Shown here piece after piece: positions 1-11,130 of a stretch of DNA of 64,000 nucleotides. Below the pieces are notes generated by a model that made no database searches, was not told where the DNA came from, and was given only the letters and a program-made list of their open reading frames with translations. The stretch comes from an uncultured Chloroflexia bacterium (GTDB taxonomy: Bacteria > Chloroflexota > Dehalococcoidia > Dehalococcoidales > RBG-16-60-22): contig CAVUAE010000001.1 of the NCBI GenBank assembly GCA_963739395.1, positions 710,056 through 774,055 on the forward strand, written 5' to 3'. The position numbers and the translations under genes were made by a program. The stretch's first letter is position 1; every line of letters begins with the position of its first letter.

Positions 1-140
1 ACACAAACAGCGATACAAGAGCCGAGTCCAATACAGGTTAATATAGTATCCGGTAAAGCGGATACGACAATTTCACCCATGCCCACGACTATTACTCCTT
101 TTTCTTGAGCAACTGTTTCTCTAGTAATCGAATTTGTCAT
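1..140 (-). CDS. cheD: Chemoreceptor glutamine deamidase CheD, N-terminal fragment (gene continues off the window)
   Basis: Hand translation from ATG (cat at 138-140): MTNSITRETVAQEKGVIVVGMGEIVVSALPDTILTCIGLGSCIAVC. The GLGSCIAV motif is typical of CheD. Sits in a che cluster. Confidence 0.6.
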   Translation of the reverse strand, partial: MTNSITRETVAQEKGVIVVGMGEIVVSALPDTILTCIGLGSCIAVC

Positions 141-143
141 ATA

Positions 144-728
144 TTAGTCTTTTTTCAAAATAGGAAGAGGCATTGCCAAGAAAGTACCGGCAACCTGCCT
201 GTTATTAGTTCCAAATACCGCCTCTATCACGAATGTTTCGTCGCTATAAATAAGGATGCTTGCCAATGTAGCATCTAAAACTGCCCCAGCCATATCCATC
301 ATTACTGCCGGTGGTGAAGGTTGGAACCTATGCCCGGTAGTATCCGATAGGTAGTTTAAGAAAAACGACCCCATAACGTTGCCAACTTCACCCAGTACGG
401 AACGCGCCATATCAGATAGTTCTTTAGTAGTACCGCTGGGTTGACTAAGTAACATATCAATCAAGTCGAAAGCAACTTTGGGCTCGTATACTACAACTAT
501 ATGTCCATTAGTATCGCTGATTATCTCCAAGTAGACTGCGATAATTATGTTCTCCGGTCCGCCGAATAGACCAACAATGTCTTTTACCGGGACTTTCTTA
601 ATCTTAATACTCACAACTTTGATTTCCTGCCCTGACATCTGGGAAAGCCCCACTACGGCGTAATTGACACCCTTGCTAATAAGCTCTACATTACCGCCCT
701 GTTCTGTTTCTTTAAGATTATTTTCCAC
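144..728 (-). CDS. CheC/CheX-family CheY-P phosphatase
   Basis: C-terminal half carries the CheC-type site S-x3-E-x2-N-x22-P (SVLGEVGN...P). The N-terminal site looks degenerate (KGVN), so it is CheX-like. Next to cheA/cheW/cheD. Confidence 0.7.
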   Translation of the reverse strand: MENNLKETEQGGNVELISKGVNYAVVGLSQMSGQEIKVVSIKIKKVPVKDIVGLFGGPENIIIAVYLEIISDTNGHIVVVYEPKVAFDLIDMLLSQPSGTTKELSDMARSVLGEVGNVMGSFFLNYLSDTTGHRFQPSPPAVMMDMAGAVLDATLASILIYSDETFVIEAVFGTNNRQVAGTFLAMPLPILKKD

Positions 729-773
729 AATTACTTTATCTCCCTCCTTTGCTAATAATTAGATTACGTGTTA

Positions 774-2831
774 TCAAGACTCGATATTACTCACCACTGT
801 ATCCTGTTCGACATTATCCTGGTTTTCGGCGACGACGCTCCTGATAAGCGCGGCGATATCAAGGATAAGCACTACTTTGCCATCTCCCAAAATACTGGCG
901 CCAGAGATACCGTTACTAACACCGATAAATTCATCCATTGATTTCACTACAAGTTCTTGCTGCTCCATTAAACCGTCGACGATGAAGCCGACCTGTGTGC
1001 CGGAGTATCTTACGACCACGACATAAAGGGTATCATTAATATTTATCTCTTTGGCTTCCCAACCAAAGATTTCATCCAGCCGTAATATTGGCAACACGCC
1101 ACCACGTAAAAACGCTACTCTCTTACCGCGGATAGTTCTGATTTCCTTTGCCTCTAACTTGCTTGTTTCGACAATGGTGGATAGCGGCACGGCATAAATG
1201 GTTTGTGCCACGGTTACCAGCATTGCCGGGATTATCGCCAGCGTCAGCGGTAATGATATTGTAAATGTTGTACCCTGGCCTACTATAGAGTCGACATGTG
1301 TCGAACCGCCAAAGGCTTCAATATTTGTTTTTACAACATCCAATCCTACTCCCCTGCCCGATACTTCAGTTACTTTTTTTGCTGTAGAAAAACCAGAAGC
1401 AAAAATAAGGTCGATTACCTCGGCATCCTGGAGTTCGGCCGCGTTCTCTGCGGAAAGTACGCCTTTATTCACTGCCACATTGCGTAATTGTGCCGGGTCA
1501 ATACCTTTACCATCATCGCTAATTTTAATCATAATATTTTCATGTTCATGGTAAGCCGAAAGTCTAATTGTCGCTACCTCCGGCTTCCCTGCCGCAAGGC
1601 GTTCCTCCGGAGATTCCACACCATGGTCCACAGCATTTCTCAATAAGTGAACCAGCGGGTCGCGGAGGTGTTCTATCATGCTGCGGTCCACTTCGGTTTC
1701 CTGTCCTTCGATAATGAAATTGATATTTTTATTCATCTTGCGGGCGATATCCCGTACCATACGCGGCAGAGTATTAAACACTATTTCAACCGGCAGCAGA
1801 CGTATCGACATCACATCCTGCTGAAGCGTGCTGATTATTTTGGCTATCTGTGAAACGGAGGAATAAAGGCTGCTGATCACTTCGTCATCCCGATATCTTT
1901 CGCTAAGTATCCTGCTTATCTGGGTAATTCGGTTTCGGTTAATGACCAACTCACCGACCTGTTCCATAAGAGTATCAAGACGGCTAACATCCACTCTAAC
2001 CGTCTGGCTAAGTTTAATTTCCTCCTTTTTAACAGTAGCGGCTTCTTTCGTCTCTGCTTTAACCGCTACCGGTGCTGGCTCTTCAGCGTTGTAGTCCCTA
2101 ATTTGAATATCTTGTATTTCCGATACAGAATTTATAACCTTTTTAATTTCTTCTTGGCTTTTCTTACTGGCAACCACCAGCTGGCAGGAAGTACCGGCAT
2201 TACCCTTTTCTATCTCTTCCTGCGATGGTAAGGAGGCGATGATGTCCGCAATTGGCGATATTCCCTGGATTATCTGAAAACACCTTACCGATACCCAACT
2301 GCTTTCTTGTTCAAAGTTAATTCTTATACGGTAGGCTTGCTTGCCTTTCTTACAAACTTTCTCTAATTTCTCTTTAGCGGCATCATCCAGTAAAAGAGGT
2401 CCAGCCTGATTATCACTCGAGGCACCGGAATTCATGCCCCCACCGATGGAGGCATTTAGTTCTGCTACTGTAACTTTTATATCCGTAGTGCTATCACCAG
2501 AAGAGACCATTTCCTGGCGAAGCACTCTCATAACATCGAGTCCGTGGAGAAGCGCATCGATAATTGAGGAGGTAACCGATATCGTTTTCTTACGGATGTT
2601 ATCCAGGACGTTTTCCATGGCGTGGGCTAGTTCTGAGAGACGTTGATTCCCCACCACGGCCGATGAGCCCTTAAGCGTATGGGCTGCCCGGAAGATTTCT
2701 TGCATCAGGTCTGGATTATCAGCTTCTTTTTCCAGCCGAATGATATCTTCATCGAGCAACTGTAATTGCTCATCAGCTTCCTGTAAAAATAACTTTAAAT
2801 CTTCCGGGGTGATACCGCTGGCTAGCTCCAT
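774..2831 (-). CDS. cheA: Chemotaxis histidine kinase CheA
   Basis: Hpt motif AAHTLKGSSA, HATPase motifs (DDGKGID, GRGVGLDVV) and a C-terminal CheW-like domain. Confidence 0.95.
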   Translation of the reverse strand: MELASGITPEDLKLFLQEADEQLQLLDEDIIRLEKEADNPDLMQEIFRAAHTLKGSSAVVGNQRLSELAHAMENVLDNIRKKTISVTSSIIDALLHGLDVMRVLRQEMVSSGDSTTDIKVTVAELNASIGGGMNSGASSDNQAGPLLLDDAAKEKLEKVCKKGKQAYRIRINFEQESSWVSVRCFQIIQGISPIADIIASLPSQEEIEKGNAGTSCQLVVASKKSQEEIKKVINSVSEIQDIQIRDYNAEEPAPVAVKAETKEAATVKKEEIKLSQTVRVDVSRLDTLMEQVGELVINRNRITQISRILSERYRDDEVISSLYSSVSQIAKIISTLQQDVMSIRLLPVEIVFNTLPRMVRDIARKMNKNINFIIEGQETEVDRSMIEHLRDPLVHLLRNAVDHGVESPEERLAAGKPEVATIRLSAYHEHENIMIKISDDGKGIDPAQLRNVAVNKGVLSAENAAELQDAEVIDLIFASGFSTAKKVTEVSGRGVGLDVVKTNIEAFGGSTHVDSIVGQGTTFTISLPLTLAIIPAMLVTVAQTIYAVPLSTIVETSKLEAKEIRTIRGKRVAFLRGGVLPILRLDEIFGWEAKEININDTLYVVVVRYSGTQVGFIVDGLMEQQELVVKSMDEFIGVSNGISGASILGDGKVVLILDIAALIRSVVAENQDNVEQDTVVSNIES

Positions 2832-2875
2832 AGTAGTTTACTCCAGTGCTTTTGAGCTTACGTGGATTATCACAA

Positions 2876-3382
2876 CTATTTCACGCCAGCAAGCTCTTGT
2901 TTTTCTCCGTTGGCCTTTGCAGTGATAGACGCTAATTTTTTATCTTCTGATAGGAACTTATCTAGAGCCAGCAGTATTACCATCTTCTCGTTCACTTTGG
3001 CGATACCTTGTAGGTAATCCAGATGGCCGTAGGTGACAATACCTGTGACTGGTTCAATCGCTTCTAATGGTATGCGCATTACCTCGGTGACCGCATCAAC
3101 GATGATGCCAAGTATGGCGTCCTGGATATTGACCACTACGATGCGGTTGTTCTTGCCCCTCTCAACCTTATCCATTCCGAATTTCTTGCCTAAATCTAAC
3201 ACTGGAATAACCTTACCCCTTAGATTAATGACTCCTTCTACGTAAACGGGGGCTTTAGGCACTTTAGTTACCGGCTGCATTCGTATAATTTCATGAACTG
3301 CGGCGATATCCAGTCCATAGATTTCGCCATTAAGTTCGAATAACACTACTTGTCTTTCAGCTACTAACGTATCTTTTGCCAT
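2876..3382 (-). CDS. cheW: Chemotaxis coupling protein CheW
   Basis: 168 aa with typical CheW sequence (VEGVINLRGKVIPVLDL). Confidence 0.9.
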   Translation of the reverse strand: MAKDTLVAERQVVLFELNGEIYGLDIAAVHEIIRMQPVTKVPKAPVYVEGVINLRGKVIPVLDLGKKFGMDKVERGKNNRIVVVNIQDAILGIIVDAVTEVMRIPLEAIEPVTGIVTYGHLDYLQGIAKVNEKMVILLALDKFLSEDKKLASITAKANGEKQELAGVK

Positions 3383-3440
3383 TTTTCAACTCCTCTTCGA
3401 TACGGGCTTTACCCCGTATGTTGAATTACGTATTTCATTT

Positions 3441-3473
3441 CAGTGGGGCTGGAGTGTTCCTCCAGCCCCACTG
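3441..3473 (-). promoter_or_regulatory. Intercistronic 14-bp perfect stem-loop between mcp and cheW
   Basis: cagtggggctggag (3441-3454) pairs with ctccagccccactg (3460-3473), 5-nt loop. No U-tract follows on the minus strand. Confidence 0.4.
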
Positions 3474-3481
3474 GTTGGTGC

Positions 3482-5620
3482 TTATACTACTATCGCTGCT
3501 TCGACTTCAGCCTGGGTCTTTTTACCATTACCATGGCCGGAGCTTGGCGCAACTTCAGCGCTGGAACTATTACTTTCGGCAGTCAGTTTAAACAGTGATA
3601 CTGCCTGCTTCAGTTCTTTGGATATTCCTGCAACCGACTTTGAAGATGCCACGGTCTGTTGTACCTGTGCCGTCATTTGCTGCGCTGAAGCTGACATCTG
3701 CTCTGTGGCTGCGCTGTTTTCCTCGATAGTAGCTGCAACAGCGCTGGCAGATTCGCTTACTTTCGCCCGGCTGGTAGACATATCCTTGGTCGTCTTCAGG
3801 TTCTGCTCGGCTATCTTGCTGACGCCGTCAACAACCTTGACCATTTCGCCGGCAGAGGCACTCATCTCTTCAGCCGCTGCCGATATCTGTTCAATCTGTG
3901 AGGTCATGCTAGTGATAGATTCGAGAATTTGTCCGAGGGCAGCACCAGCTTCATTGGCTAAGCTTGAGCCTTGTTCTGCCTGCTTGGCGCCTTCGATTGA
4001 GGCATTAATAGATTCGCTGACGCCTTTTTGTACGCTATTAACCAGGTTGGCAATTTCCTTGGTTTCTTTAGCGGTACGTTCTGCCAGTTTCTTGACTTCA
4101 TCAGCCACGACGGCGAAACCGCGACCCTGCTCGCCAGCTCTTGCCGCCTCGATAGCCGCGTTAAGAGCTAACAGGTTGGTTTGTGATGCGATATCATCGA
4201 TGACGGCGATCATGCCGCCGATTTCCTCGGAATGCTTGCCCAGTTCGGTAACTTTCTTAGCTATATCCTGCATGCTGGTATTAATCTTTTGTATACCAGC
4301 GATTGTCTTTTCAACTGTTGATGTGCCTTTCTTAGCGACATCTGCCGCTTGGGTGGCGGCGGTGGCAGCTTCCTGAGCGCTAGCCGCCGTTTGTTCTGCA
4401 GCGCTCGAGACCTGTTGTACGATGCCAGTCGCCTGTTCTACGGCTTTAGACTGTTCAACGCTACCACTACCAACAGTTTCGATAGCCTTGGTTAGGTCAG
4501 TAAGGGCATTATTCACTTCGTCAATGCCTTTAGTCTGCTCGACGGCGCCTTTAGCTATCTGCTGGCTGACGCTGGCAATCTGTTCGGTTGCCGAGCCGGA
4601 TTGCTCCGATGCCGAAGCTAACTGCTCACTGGCTGTAACCATACTCTGCGTATTAGTATCAACTTTACTCACTAAACCACGCAGGTTTTTAATCATCTTA
4701 CTGAAAGCGTTGCCCAGCGTATCTTTATCTGATTTGGGCTCAACAGCCATCGTCAGGTCACCTTCCGAAATACGGTCAGCAACCTGTGACATCTCCCAGA
4801 GATAATTAATTACGGCGCTCATGGCTTTACCCATATCGCCGGTCTCATCGTTAGACTTGACATCAATTTTCTGTTTAGTATCACCAAGAGCCAACTTATT
4901 CGCAATATTGGCTACTTTCTTAGTGTTTCGAGAAATCGCTCCGCCAACCACGAATAACAACACTAAACAGGTAACTGCCATTACCACGGCAAGGATTATA
5001 TATTGAATTCTCATGCCAGCTACTACTTCATCGATATCTACAATATATATACCAGTACCGATTACCCATCCCCATGCTTGAAAGCCTTTTACATAGCTTA
5101 TTTTCGGCTCAATCCTGCTAGTATCGGTACCATATTGCCACATGTAATTGACATAGCCCCCGCCGTCTTTCTTGACTATATTTGCCATTTCCACAAATAT
5201 GGCTTTACCGGTGGGGTCTTTGTACCCAGTTTGGTCTTTACCGTTCATTTCAGGCTTATTGGGATGCATAACCATGAAAGCATTGACATCACTGATCCAG
5301 AAGTAGCCCGCATTATCGTCTTGATAATGAAGTTTACTTACTTCTTTCATGGCAAGCGCTTTAGCTTCATCCATCGTGATATCTCCAGCTACCGCCTGCT
5401 GGTATACTTGGTCGACCACATTCCAAGCAATCTGTACCTGTTCTTTGGTTTTAATTTGTTTTTCATTGACTAGTGAGTTCTCTTGACTTGGCAAGATGTA
5501 GAAAAAGGTCATGAAACAAAAGATGGCAATCACAGCCAAAATCATCATGGCTAATTTCCACTGGATAGTGAATCTAAATCCCCCCTTGAAATTCCCTAAC
5601 TTTTTTAGGATTTCTGTCAT
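3482..5620 (-). CDS. Methyl-accepting chemotaxis protein (N-terminal TM, single-Cache-like sensor, HAMP, MA domain)
   Basis: Highly conserved signalling hairpin [40 protein letters not shown]. Periplasmic region has a Cache-like YFWISD...MHPN motif. Confidence 0.9.
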   Translation of the reverse strand: MTEILKKLGNFKGGFRFTIQWKLAMMILAVIAIFCFMTFFYILPSQENSLVNEKQIKTKEQVQIAWNVVDQVYQQAVAGDITMDEAKALAMKEVSKLHYQDDNAGYFWISDVNAFMVMHPNKPEMNGKDQTGYKDPTGKAIFVEMANIVKKDGGGYVNYMWQYGTDTSRIEPKISYVKGFQAWGWVIGTGIYIVDIDEVVAGMRIQYIILAVVMAVTCLVLLFVVGGAISRNTKKVANIANKLALGDTKQKIDVKSNDETGDMGKAMSAVINYLWEMSQVADRISEGDLTMAVEPKSDKDTLGNAFSKMIKNLRGLVSKVDTNTQSMVTASEQLASASEQSGSATEQIASVSQQIAKGAVEQTKGIDEVNNALTDLTKAIETVGSGSVEQSKAVEQATGIVQQVSSAAEQTAASAQEAATAATQAADVAKKGTSTVEKTIAGIQKINTSMQDIAKKVTELGKHSEEIGGMIAVIDDIASQTNLLALNAAIEAARAGEQGRGFAVVADEVKKLAERTAKETKEIANLVNSVQKGVSESINASIEGAKQAEQGSSLANEAGAALGQILESITSMTSQIEQISAAAEEMSASAGEMVKVVDGVSKIAEQNLKTTKDMSTSRAKVSESASAVAATIEENSAATEQMSASAQQMTAQVQQTVASSKSVAGISKELKQAVSLFKLTAESNSSSAEVAPSSGHGNGKKTQAEVEAAIVV

Positions 5621-5875
5621 TTATCTACCTCCTTATTGACAGTTATCTCAAAATAAAAATACGCAACCTTAAAGACATAGGTAAACTAGGCTTTTTAACA
5701 AAATTCTTCCTTGTGATGATTTTTGTGGCTACGAAAATTTTAGCCGATTGGCGAATAATCGCAGAAGTGGGTCAGCCACCAAAAGCACTAAAAATGAACC
5801 CTTAAGAAGTTAACGTTTTATACGATATCACGAATAGCTTCGTTATATTGGAGGGGAATTTGGCATATATTTTAT

Positions 5876-5904
5876 AAAAAACGCCCCAGCGATTATCTGG
5901 GGCG
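5876..5904 (-). terminator. Rho-independent terminator after the NrfD-like gene
   Basis: cgccccag/ctggggcg 8-bp stem with 7-nt loop, followed on the minus strand by a U-run (plus-strand aaaaaa 5876-5881). Confidence 0.6.
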
Positions 5905-6002
5905 CATTTTATAAATTGATATCAATTTGGTGGGGCGAAGGACTCCGCCCGTCCGTAGCTGTATTACATAAATTAGGTATATATATTAAGGACTTTTTCT
6001 TG

Positions 6003-6884
6003 TTATTCGCCGCTGGTTAAAGGAAGATAGATGCCACCTTTAAGTATGACATAGCGTAACGATAAACCGCCTATAATTTCGGTGACTACTGCCGTGATTA
6101 GCCAGGCGGTAGATGCTTCAGCGATAAAATAGGTGGTAATGGATACGGCCAGAGGTATAATCACGCCGAGCAGTACTACGCCAGCCCAGAAGATTGCCCC
6201 AATCGCGCCGCCCATGATTCTGGTGACGGCGTCCTTGGCAGCGCTGCCGCTATAAGTAGCATTCCACAGGTACACAATCAGGATAACGGCGAAAGCTATC
6301 AGGGTAACGCGGGTAACGTTTTCGATGCCCGCTAACACCGATTCGCTGCCACCCAGGCTGATGCCCATCAGTATAGCCAGACCGCCGGAGAAGCCGCAGA
6401 CCACGAAGAGGATGGGCAGGATGGCGGAATTCCAGAGCTTGATGGCGCTAACGTAGCTAACCGCAAAGCCGGTATAGATTGATTGGGCGAAGGCGAATAT
6501 CCCGCCTAATATCTTGAAGGTGGTAACCGCGGTGGAATATTGCGGGAACCAGTAATCCAGGATGATGGCGATGATGGCAAAGCCGGCGTAAAGGAAGATA
6601 AACAAAAAGCCGCGTGATATCCAGGATGTCTTTGGTTTCGATAACATGCGCCAGAACTGCATCGGCTGGCCCAGGTGTATCATGTAGGAGATGCCCATGA
6701 GGGCAGAAATACATACGGCGAGAAGCATGCCTAATATACTGTCGAAATAGGCAGCCGCCAGGAAAAGACCGCCACCGATGCCGCCCAGGAAGAAGGCAAA
6801 GGCGATGAAGTTACCACGGCCGTCAATCCAGTTTTTCTGTTGAGTGTACTTGACCATATATTCAAACGGTTGTCTTTGAATCAT
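6003..6884 (-). CDS. NrfD/PsrC-like polytopic membrane anchor subunit (module 1)
   Basis: 293 aa, about 8 hydrophobic helices. Directly downstream of the Mo and FeS subunits. Confidence 0.7.
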   Translation of the reverse strand: MIQRQPFEYMVKYTQQKNWIDGRGNFIAFAFFLGGIGGGLFLAAAYFDSILGMLLAVCISALMGISYMIHLGQPMQFWRMLSKPKTSWISRGFLFIFLYAGFAIIAIILDYWFPQYSTAVTTFKILGGIFAFAQSIYTGFAVSYVSAIKLWNSAILPILFVVCGFSGGLAILMGISLGGSESVLAGIENVTRVTLIAFAVILIVYLWNATYSGSAAKDAVTRIMGGAIGAIFWAGVVLLGVIIPLAVSITTYFIAEASTAWLITAVVTEIIGGLSLRYVILKGGIYLPLTSGE

Positions 6885-6943
6885 TACTTAGTACCTCCCT
6901 GTCATTTTGCCGTTCATATACATTTCATGTTCCTGCTGTTACG

Positions 6944-7597
6944 TTAAACCTTGAAATAGAAGACGGAAGGTTCCGTATCGAACTCGGGATGGAGCGGCTG
7001 GGCTTTCTTTTCGGCTATCAGGCGCGATACCTCGCTGAAAGGGTCATCCAGGTCGCCAAAATACCTGGTCTTGGTAGGACAGGTAATGAGGCAGGCCGGC
7101 GTCGCCTCGCGGTCTACCCCCGGTTTGAGTCCCTTTTTAATTCCTTCATCGATTCTTTCCATGCAAAAGTTGCATTTTAACACAGTGCCCGGTTTATAAG
7201 GAAATAGCTGCTTGCCCAGTTCCTCGTAAGGTGTAAAACCTTGTCCGGGGAAGTATTCCAGCTTCGGGTCTTCAAAACGAGTGCGCTGCTGGTAAGGGCA
7301 AGCCACGGCGCAATAACCACACCCGACGCATTTTTTATCGTCCACGAGCACAATGCCGTCCTCGCGTGTATAGGTGGCGCCGGTGGGGCAGACCTTAACA
7401 CAGGCGGCCTCTTTACAGTGGTTGCACTGCACCGGTAGAATAGTTTTCTTTATTGTCGGGTAATTACCGTTTTCGCTTATCAGCACACGGTTGAAGTAAA
7501 TTCCACGCGGCACAAAATGCTCCTGACGACAGGCAATCACGCAGGAGTAGCACCCAATGCACCGGTGCATATCGATAACCATTCCCCATCTAGCCAT
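6944..7597 (-). CDS. 4Fe-4S ferredoxin-type electron-transfer subunit (DmsB/PsrB-like, module 1)
   Basis: Repeated CxxCxxCxxxCP motifs (CIGCYSCVIAC, CNHCKEAACVKVCP, CVGCGYCAVACP). TAATG overlap with the upstream gene. Confidence 0.85.
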   Translation of the reverse strand: MARWGMVIDMHRCIGCYSCVIACRQEHFVPRGIYFNRVLISENGNYPTIKKTILPVQCNHCKEAACVKVCPTGATYTREDGIVLVDDKKCVGCGYCAVACPYQQRTRFEDPKLEYFPGQGFTPYEELGKQLFPYKPGTVLKCNFCMERIDEGIKKGLKPGVDREATPACLITCPTKTRYFGDLDDPFSEVSRLIAEKKAQPLHPEFDTEPSVFYFKV

Positions 7598-10230
7598 TAT
7601 TTTCCCTCCTTGGCAGGATAAATTTTAACTTTCACACAGGAATCGGCGCTGAGGCTTACCGGGTCCACGTGGTCTTTATCTATCTCCAGCAGGTCGTTGA
7701 AGTGTACGCCTTTACCCCTGCCTACCTTCAGATATTTTGACCAGTGCCCGTTGATGCCCGCCACCGCCACCATCTGGGGGTGGAGGCCCTTGATAAGCGA
7801 AACCGGCCCCTTGATTTTCCTTCCCCTATCGGTTTCTACCCAGATTATCTGCCCGTTCTTAATGCCTTTTTTCCTGCCTGTTTCCTCGTTGACATTGATG
7901 TAGTAGCTGTACGGGTTCGTATCCGACAAAGCGTCAATCTCGGGATGCATTTGCGTGCTGCTGCCGACATGAAGAGTATCGCGATAAATCGCGGTATACA
8001 GGTCATATTGCGGGTCTTTGACTTCATGGGCTTTGATGGGGAAGTACGAAGGCAGTGGCGTGAACTGTTCCCATTGCATGTGCACACCCTTCGGCTCGCA
8101 GATGGCTTTGGCTTTCTCACCCATTGTCAAGACGAATTCCCAGTAAAGCGGTACCCGAGCGGGGACATCATAACGCCAGAAGACTTCTTCCGGTTTCTTC
8201 GGCCAAGTTATCCCGCCGTTTTTCTTGAACCATTCCAGCCCGTGTTTTTCGCCGAAGAAGTTCTTGAAGACACTGTCGCTGACTTTTGCATAAGTAGTTT
8301 TCTTGGTGAGGTCAAGTCGGTATTTTTTATCTATTGCCCAGAAATTATTTAAAGATTCGACAAATTTGGCATAGAAATCCGGCCCAACTCTCCAGGCGAC
8401 GTCTAGCAGGACGTCCGGCATGGGTCTTCTTTCTCCCACGAGTTCGCATACCGGCTGGCGGAAGAAAAACGACCAGTCGTTCATGCCCACCGGACCGTTG
8501 AAACCGGTCTGCAGGTTTTGGTCAGGGCATAAGGATTCCAGGTAGCTGGCATCCGGGAGAACGATGTCACAAAATTCGGTAATTTCGGTGAGATACAGAT
8601 CAAAGGTAAAGAAAAACGGAATTCTTTTCAGTGTATCTTCCATGTTGCTAAGGTTGCCGCCGGACATAATCATGTTGTTGCCCCAGTTCATCCATGCCTT
8701 GGCTTCTTTGTAGTCCGGCCCTAACTTTTCATGCATTTCATCGCGGTCCGATGAGAAGTAGAAAGGAGAATCATTTACCCAGCTCCAGATTTTTTTCAGT
8801 CCCAGTGAGGTCTCTGGAGTCGTCGGCATATCCAAAGGCCACATCTTATGGCGTACCATCTTGCCCCGTGAGGTCTCTCCCCACCACCAGCCGGACTGTA
8901 GCATCCCTTCTATTGGGTCAGCAGAAACTATAAACTCCGGCCTTCCCGTATCTTTATAGCCGTAGCATCGCGTCGGCCAACCGAGACTGCCTCCCGGCAC
9001 ATCCATGGCGCCGACAACCATGTTAAGCATATGCATCGCGGCAACGCTGTTAAAAGCATTCCGGTGATTATTCAGTCCGCTGAAGGTGATGGCTGCCACC
9101 GGTCTGAAGGGATATTCTTTGCCCTCTATTGTTATCGTGCTACCAATCCTGGCCTCGGTGACAAACTCTTTGGTGACGGTGCGTATAGTTTCTACTGGTA
9201 CGGAACTTAACTTAGAAGCCATTTCCGGAGTATATTTCTTGACATGCTGGCGGAGTAACTGGAACGCCGGTACGGCTTTCTTACCATTTACTTTATACTC
9301 GCCTTCGAGGGCGAATTCTTTAATTGTTTTATCGTCCCAGGTTTTAGCCTTTTTGGCTACAGCATCCCAGACCAGCGGTTTTCGTGTTTTGGGATCGCGG
9401 ATGTAGTGTCCATCCGGTCCGATGAGGTATGGCGCGTTAGTTTTGGTCTTAACAAAAACATCGTCCCAGGTTTCCATCTCGTTCAATATAATATTTAACA
9501 TTGACAGAATAACGGCAACGTCTGTTCCCGGGATGATGGGCACCCACCGCGACGCCTTGGCGCCGACGAAGTTGCACATGGGGTCGAAGACAACCTGCTT
9601 CATGCCGCGTGCTCTGGCATCGGCGAAGCTGCGCATCATCTGGTTGGAGCTGTGACCCGCAGCATGCCCTTTGGAGGCGCCGAAGTGTATTAAGTAGTTA
9701 CAGCGTTCGAGGTCTGCCGAATGAGACCATGACCCGTAAGTCAGTCCGGCGACAAAGTGGGCGGCGTTGCCGCATAACATGCCGCCGGCGCCGGCCGATT
9801 CGTTAGTGCAGCCGAGGGCGGCGACCAATGCCCAGATGGGCGGGTGATTATATGACCCCTGCGACGGCATGACGTTGATTTTCATCTGCCGCCCGTCGGT
9901 TTTATAAATTTCGCGTATTTTATCGGAGATAGTGGTTAAGGCTTCTTCCCAGGAAATTCTTTGCCACTTGGGGTCAACGCCGATACCTTTCACCGGATTG
10001 GTGCGCTTCACCGGGTAATTTAGACGGTTCGGGTCGTTGACCACCGTCAGCGAACCCACGCTCTTACCGCAGACAGAACCTTTACTGGTAGAGGCGCGCG
10101 GCTGGCCTTCTATCTTCACCGGAACGCCATTAATGACGCGTACCCTGATGGGACATGACGCATAACAAATACCACAGCAGGTATCATACCATTTATCTTC
10201 TTTGATTACACTCGTATTTAGTTCAGCCAT
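7597..10230 (-). CDS. Molybdopterin (bis-MGD) oxidoreductase catalytic subunit, 877 aa, no visible Tat signal (module 1)
   Basis: N-terminal FS0-type cysteine motif CGICYASC...C. Size and overall MopB-like sequence fit. N-terminus MAELNTSVIKEDKWYD has no RR motif. Confidence 0.8.
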   Translation of the reverse strand: MAELNTSVIKEDKWYDTCCGICYASCPIRVRVINGVPVKIEGQPRASTSKGSVCGKSVGSLTVVNDPNRLNYPVKRTNPVKGIGVDPKWQRISWEEALTTISDKIREIYKTDGRQMKINVMPSQGSYNHPPIWALVAALGCTNESAGAGGMLCGNAAHFVAGLTYGSWSHSADLERCNYLIHFGASKGHAAGHSSNQMMRSFADARARGMKQVVFDPMCNFVGAKASRWVPIIPGTDVAVILSMLNIILNEMETWDDVFVKTKTNAPYLIGPDGHYIRDPKTRKPLVWDAVAKKAKTWDDKTIKEFALEGEYKVNGKKAVPAFQLLRQHVKKYTPEMASKLSSVPVETIRTVTKEFVTEARIGSTITIEGKEYPFRPVAAITFSGLNNHRNAFNSVAAMHMLNMVVGAMDVPGGSLGWPTRCYGYKDTGRPEFIVSADPIEGMLQSGWWWGETSRGKMVRHKMWPLDMPTTPETSLGLKKIWSWVNDSPFYFSSDRDEMHEKLGPDYKEAKAWMNWGNNMIMSGGNLSNMEDTLKRIPFFFTFDLYLTEITEFCDIVLPDASYLESLCPDQNLQTGFNGPVGMNDWSFFFRQPVCELVGERRPMPDVLLDVAWRVGPDFYAKFVESLNNFWAIDKKYRLDLTKKTTYAKVSDSVFKNFFGEKHGLEWFKKNGGITWPKKPEEVFWRYDVPARVPLYWEFVLTMGEKAKAICEPKGVHMQWEQFTPLPSYFPIKAHEVKDPQYDLYTAIYRDTLHVGSSTQMHPEIDALSDTNPYSYYINVNEETGRKKGIKNGQIIWVETDRGRKIKGPVSLIKGLHPQMVAVAGINGHWSKYLKVGRGKGVHFNDLLEIDKDHVDPVSLSADSCVKVKIYPAKEGK

Positions 10231-10440
10231 ATTTAGTCCTTCCTCCTAATGAATAAAGAATGGTGTTTTGAAGCTGATTACGTAATAATTTTTTTATATA
10301 TATATTTAAAAAAATATGCTTCTAATATCATATTAATACAATCATGAAAAACAAGTCAACAAAAATTATAAAGGATTAACCAGGATTTTTCTAATGACTG
10401 AAAGTTTTGGTAGGCTTAGTTTTTAAGAAGGTCAATAAAA

Positions 10441-11130
10441 CTATTTAGGTTGCTCCTTCCAGGCGATACCCAGCTCTAACAACCAGGGATAAAACGTTAT
10501 ACGGGCATCTTTTAAAGCTGATTTTGTTAATAGCGCCCCAACCTCGCCGAGTGTATAAGACGAACGCATGGCCTGTATCCATAATCGTCGCTGTGCTGAA
10601 TTCATTCCCATCGCCCAGCCAACCAAACTTAGGAGCGGGTTGAGTCTTGTAAGCCTTACGTTATCCCATATTAGGCAATAGCCACCCGGCGCGGTAACTC
10701 TCGAGATTTCCTTGAAGACCTTAAGCGGGTTTTGCCAAAGGTGGAGGGAAGCATGGCTGACTACTAGACCAAAATAGTTGTCGTTGAAAGGTATCGCCTC
10801 CCCTGAACCCCACTGGAATTCAATTTTATCAATTACGCCCCTCTCAATTGCGTTCTGCCGGGCTAGCTCAAGCATATTCTCTGAAACATCGATGCCGGTA
10901 ATCTGCAAGCCCGTATGGGCTTTGGCTAGTTCGATGGCAGGACGACCACTGCCAGTACCGATGTCTAATACCCTATTCCCGGAGAGACTAATTCCAGCAG
11001 CCTTTTTAGCAAACCGACGATACACTAATCCCATGAAACGTCGTGCATGTTCATCATAAAACCGGGCAGTATTAGCATCAACAAATTGCTCTTCATTTAA
11101 GGGAATACGTGCACCACTAATAAATCTCAT
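10441..11130 (-). CDS. Class I SAM-dependent methyltransferase
   Basis: Motif I VLDIGTGSGRPAIELA. ATGA overlap with the upstream radical-SAM gene. Confidence 0.7.
   Translation of the reverse strand: MRFISGARIPLNEEQFVDANTARFYDEHARRFMGLVYRRFAKKAAGISLSGNRVLDIGTGSGRPAIELAKAHTGLQITGIDVSENMLELARQNAIERGVIDKIEFQWGSGEAIPFNDNYFGLVVSHASLHLWQNPLKVFKEISRVTAPGGYCLIWDNVRLTRLNPLLSLVGWAMGMNSAQRRLWIQAMRSSYTLGEVGALLTKSALKDARITFYPWLLELGIAWKEQPK

Noticed and set aside
5928-5954. tggtggggcgaaggactccgcccgtcc resembles the ends of the ssrA 3' repeat (tggtgg...actcc.cccgtcc) and superficially a tRNA 3' end.
   Set aside because: The central T-arm core (gggggagggtcgaac) is missing and no cloverleaf can be drawn. The similarity is too short to separate from chance. 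It could at most be an extremely decayed copy.
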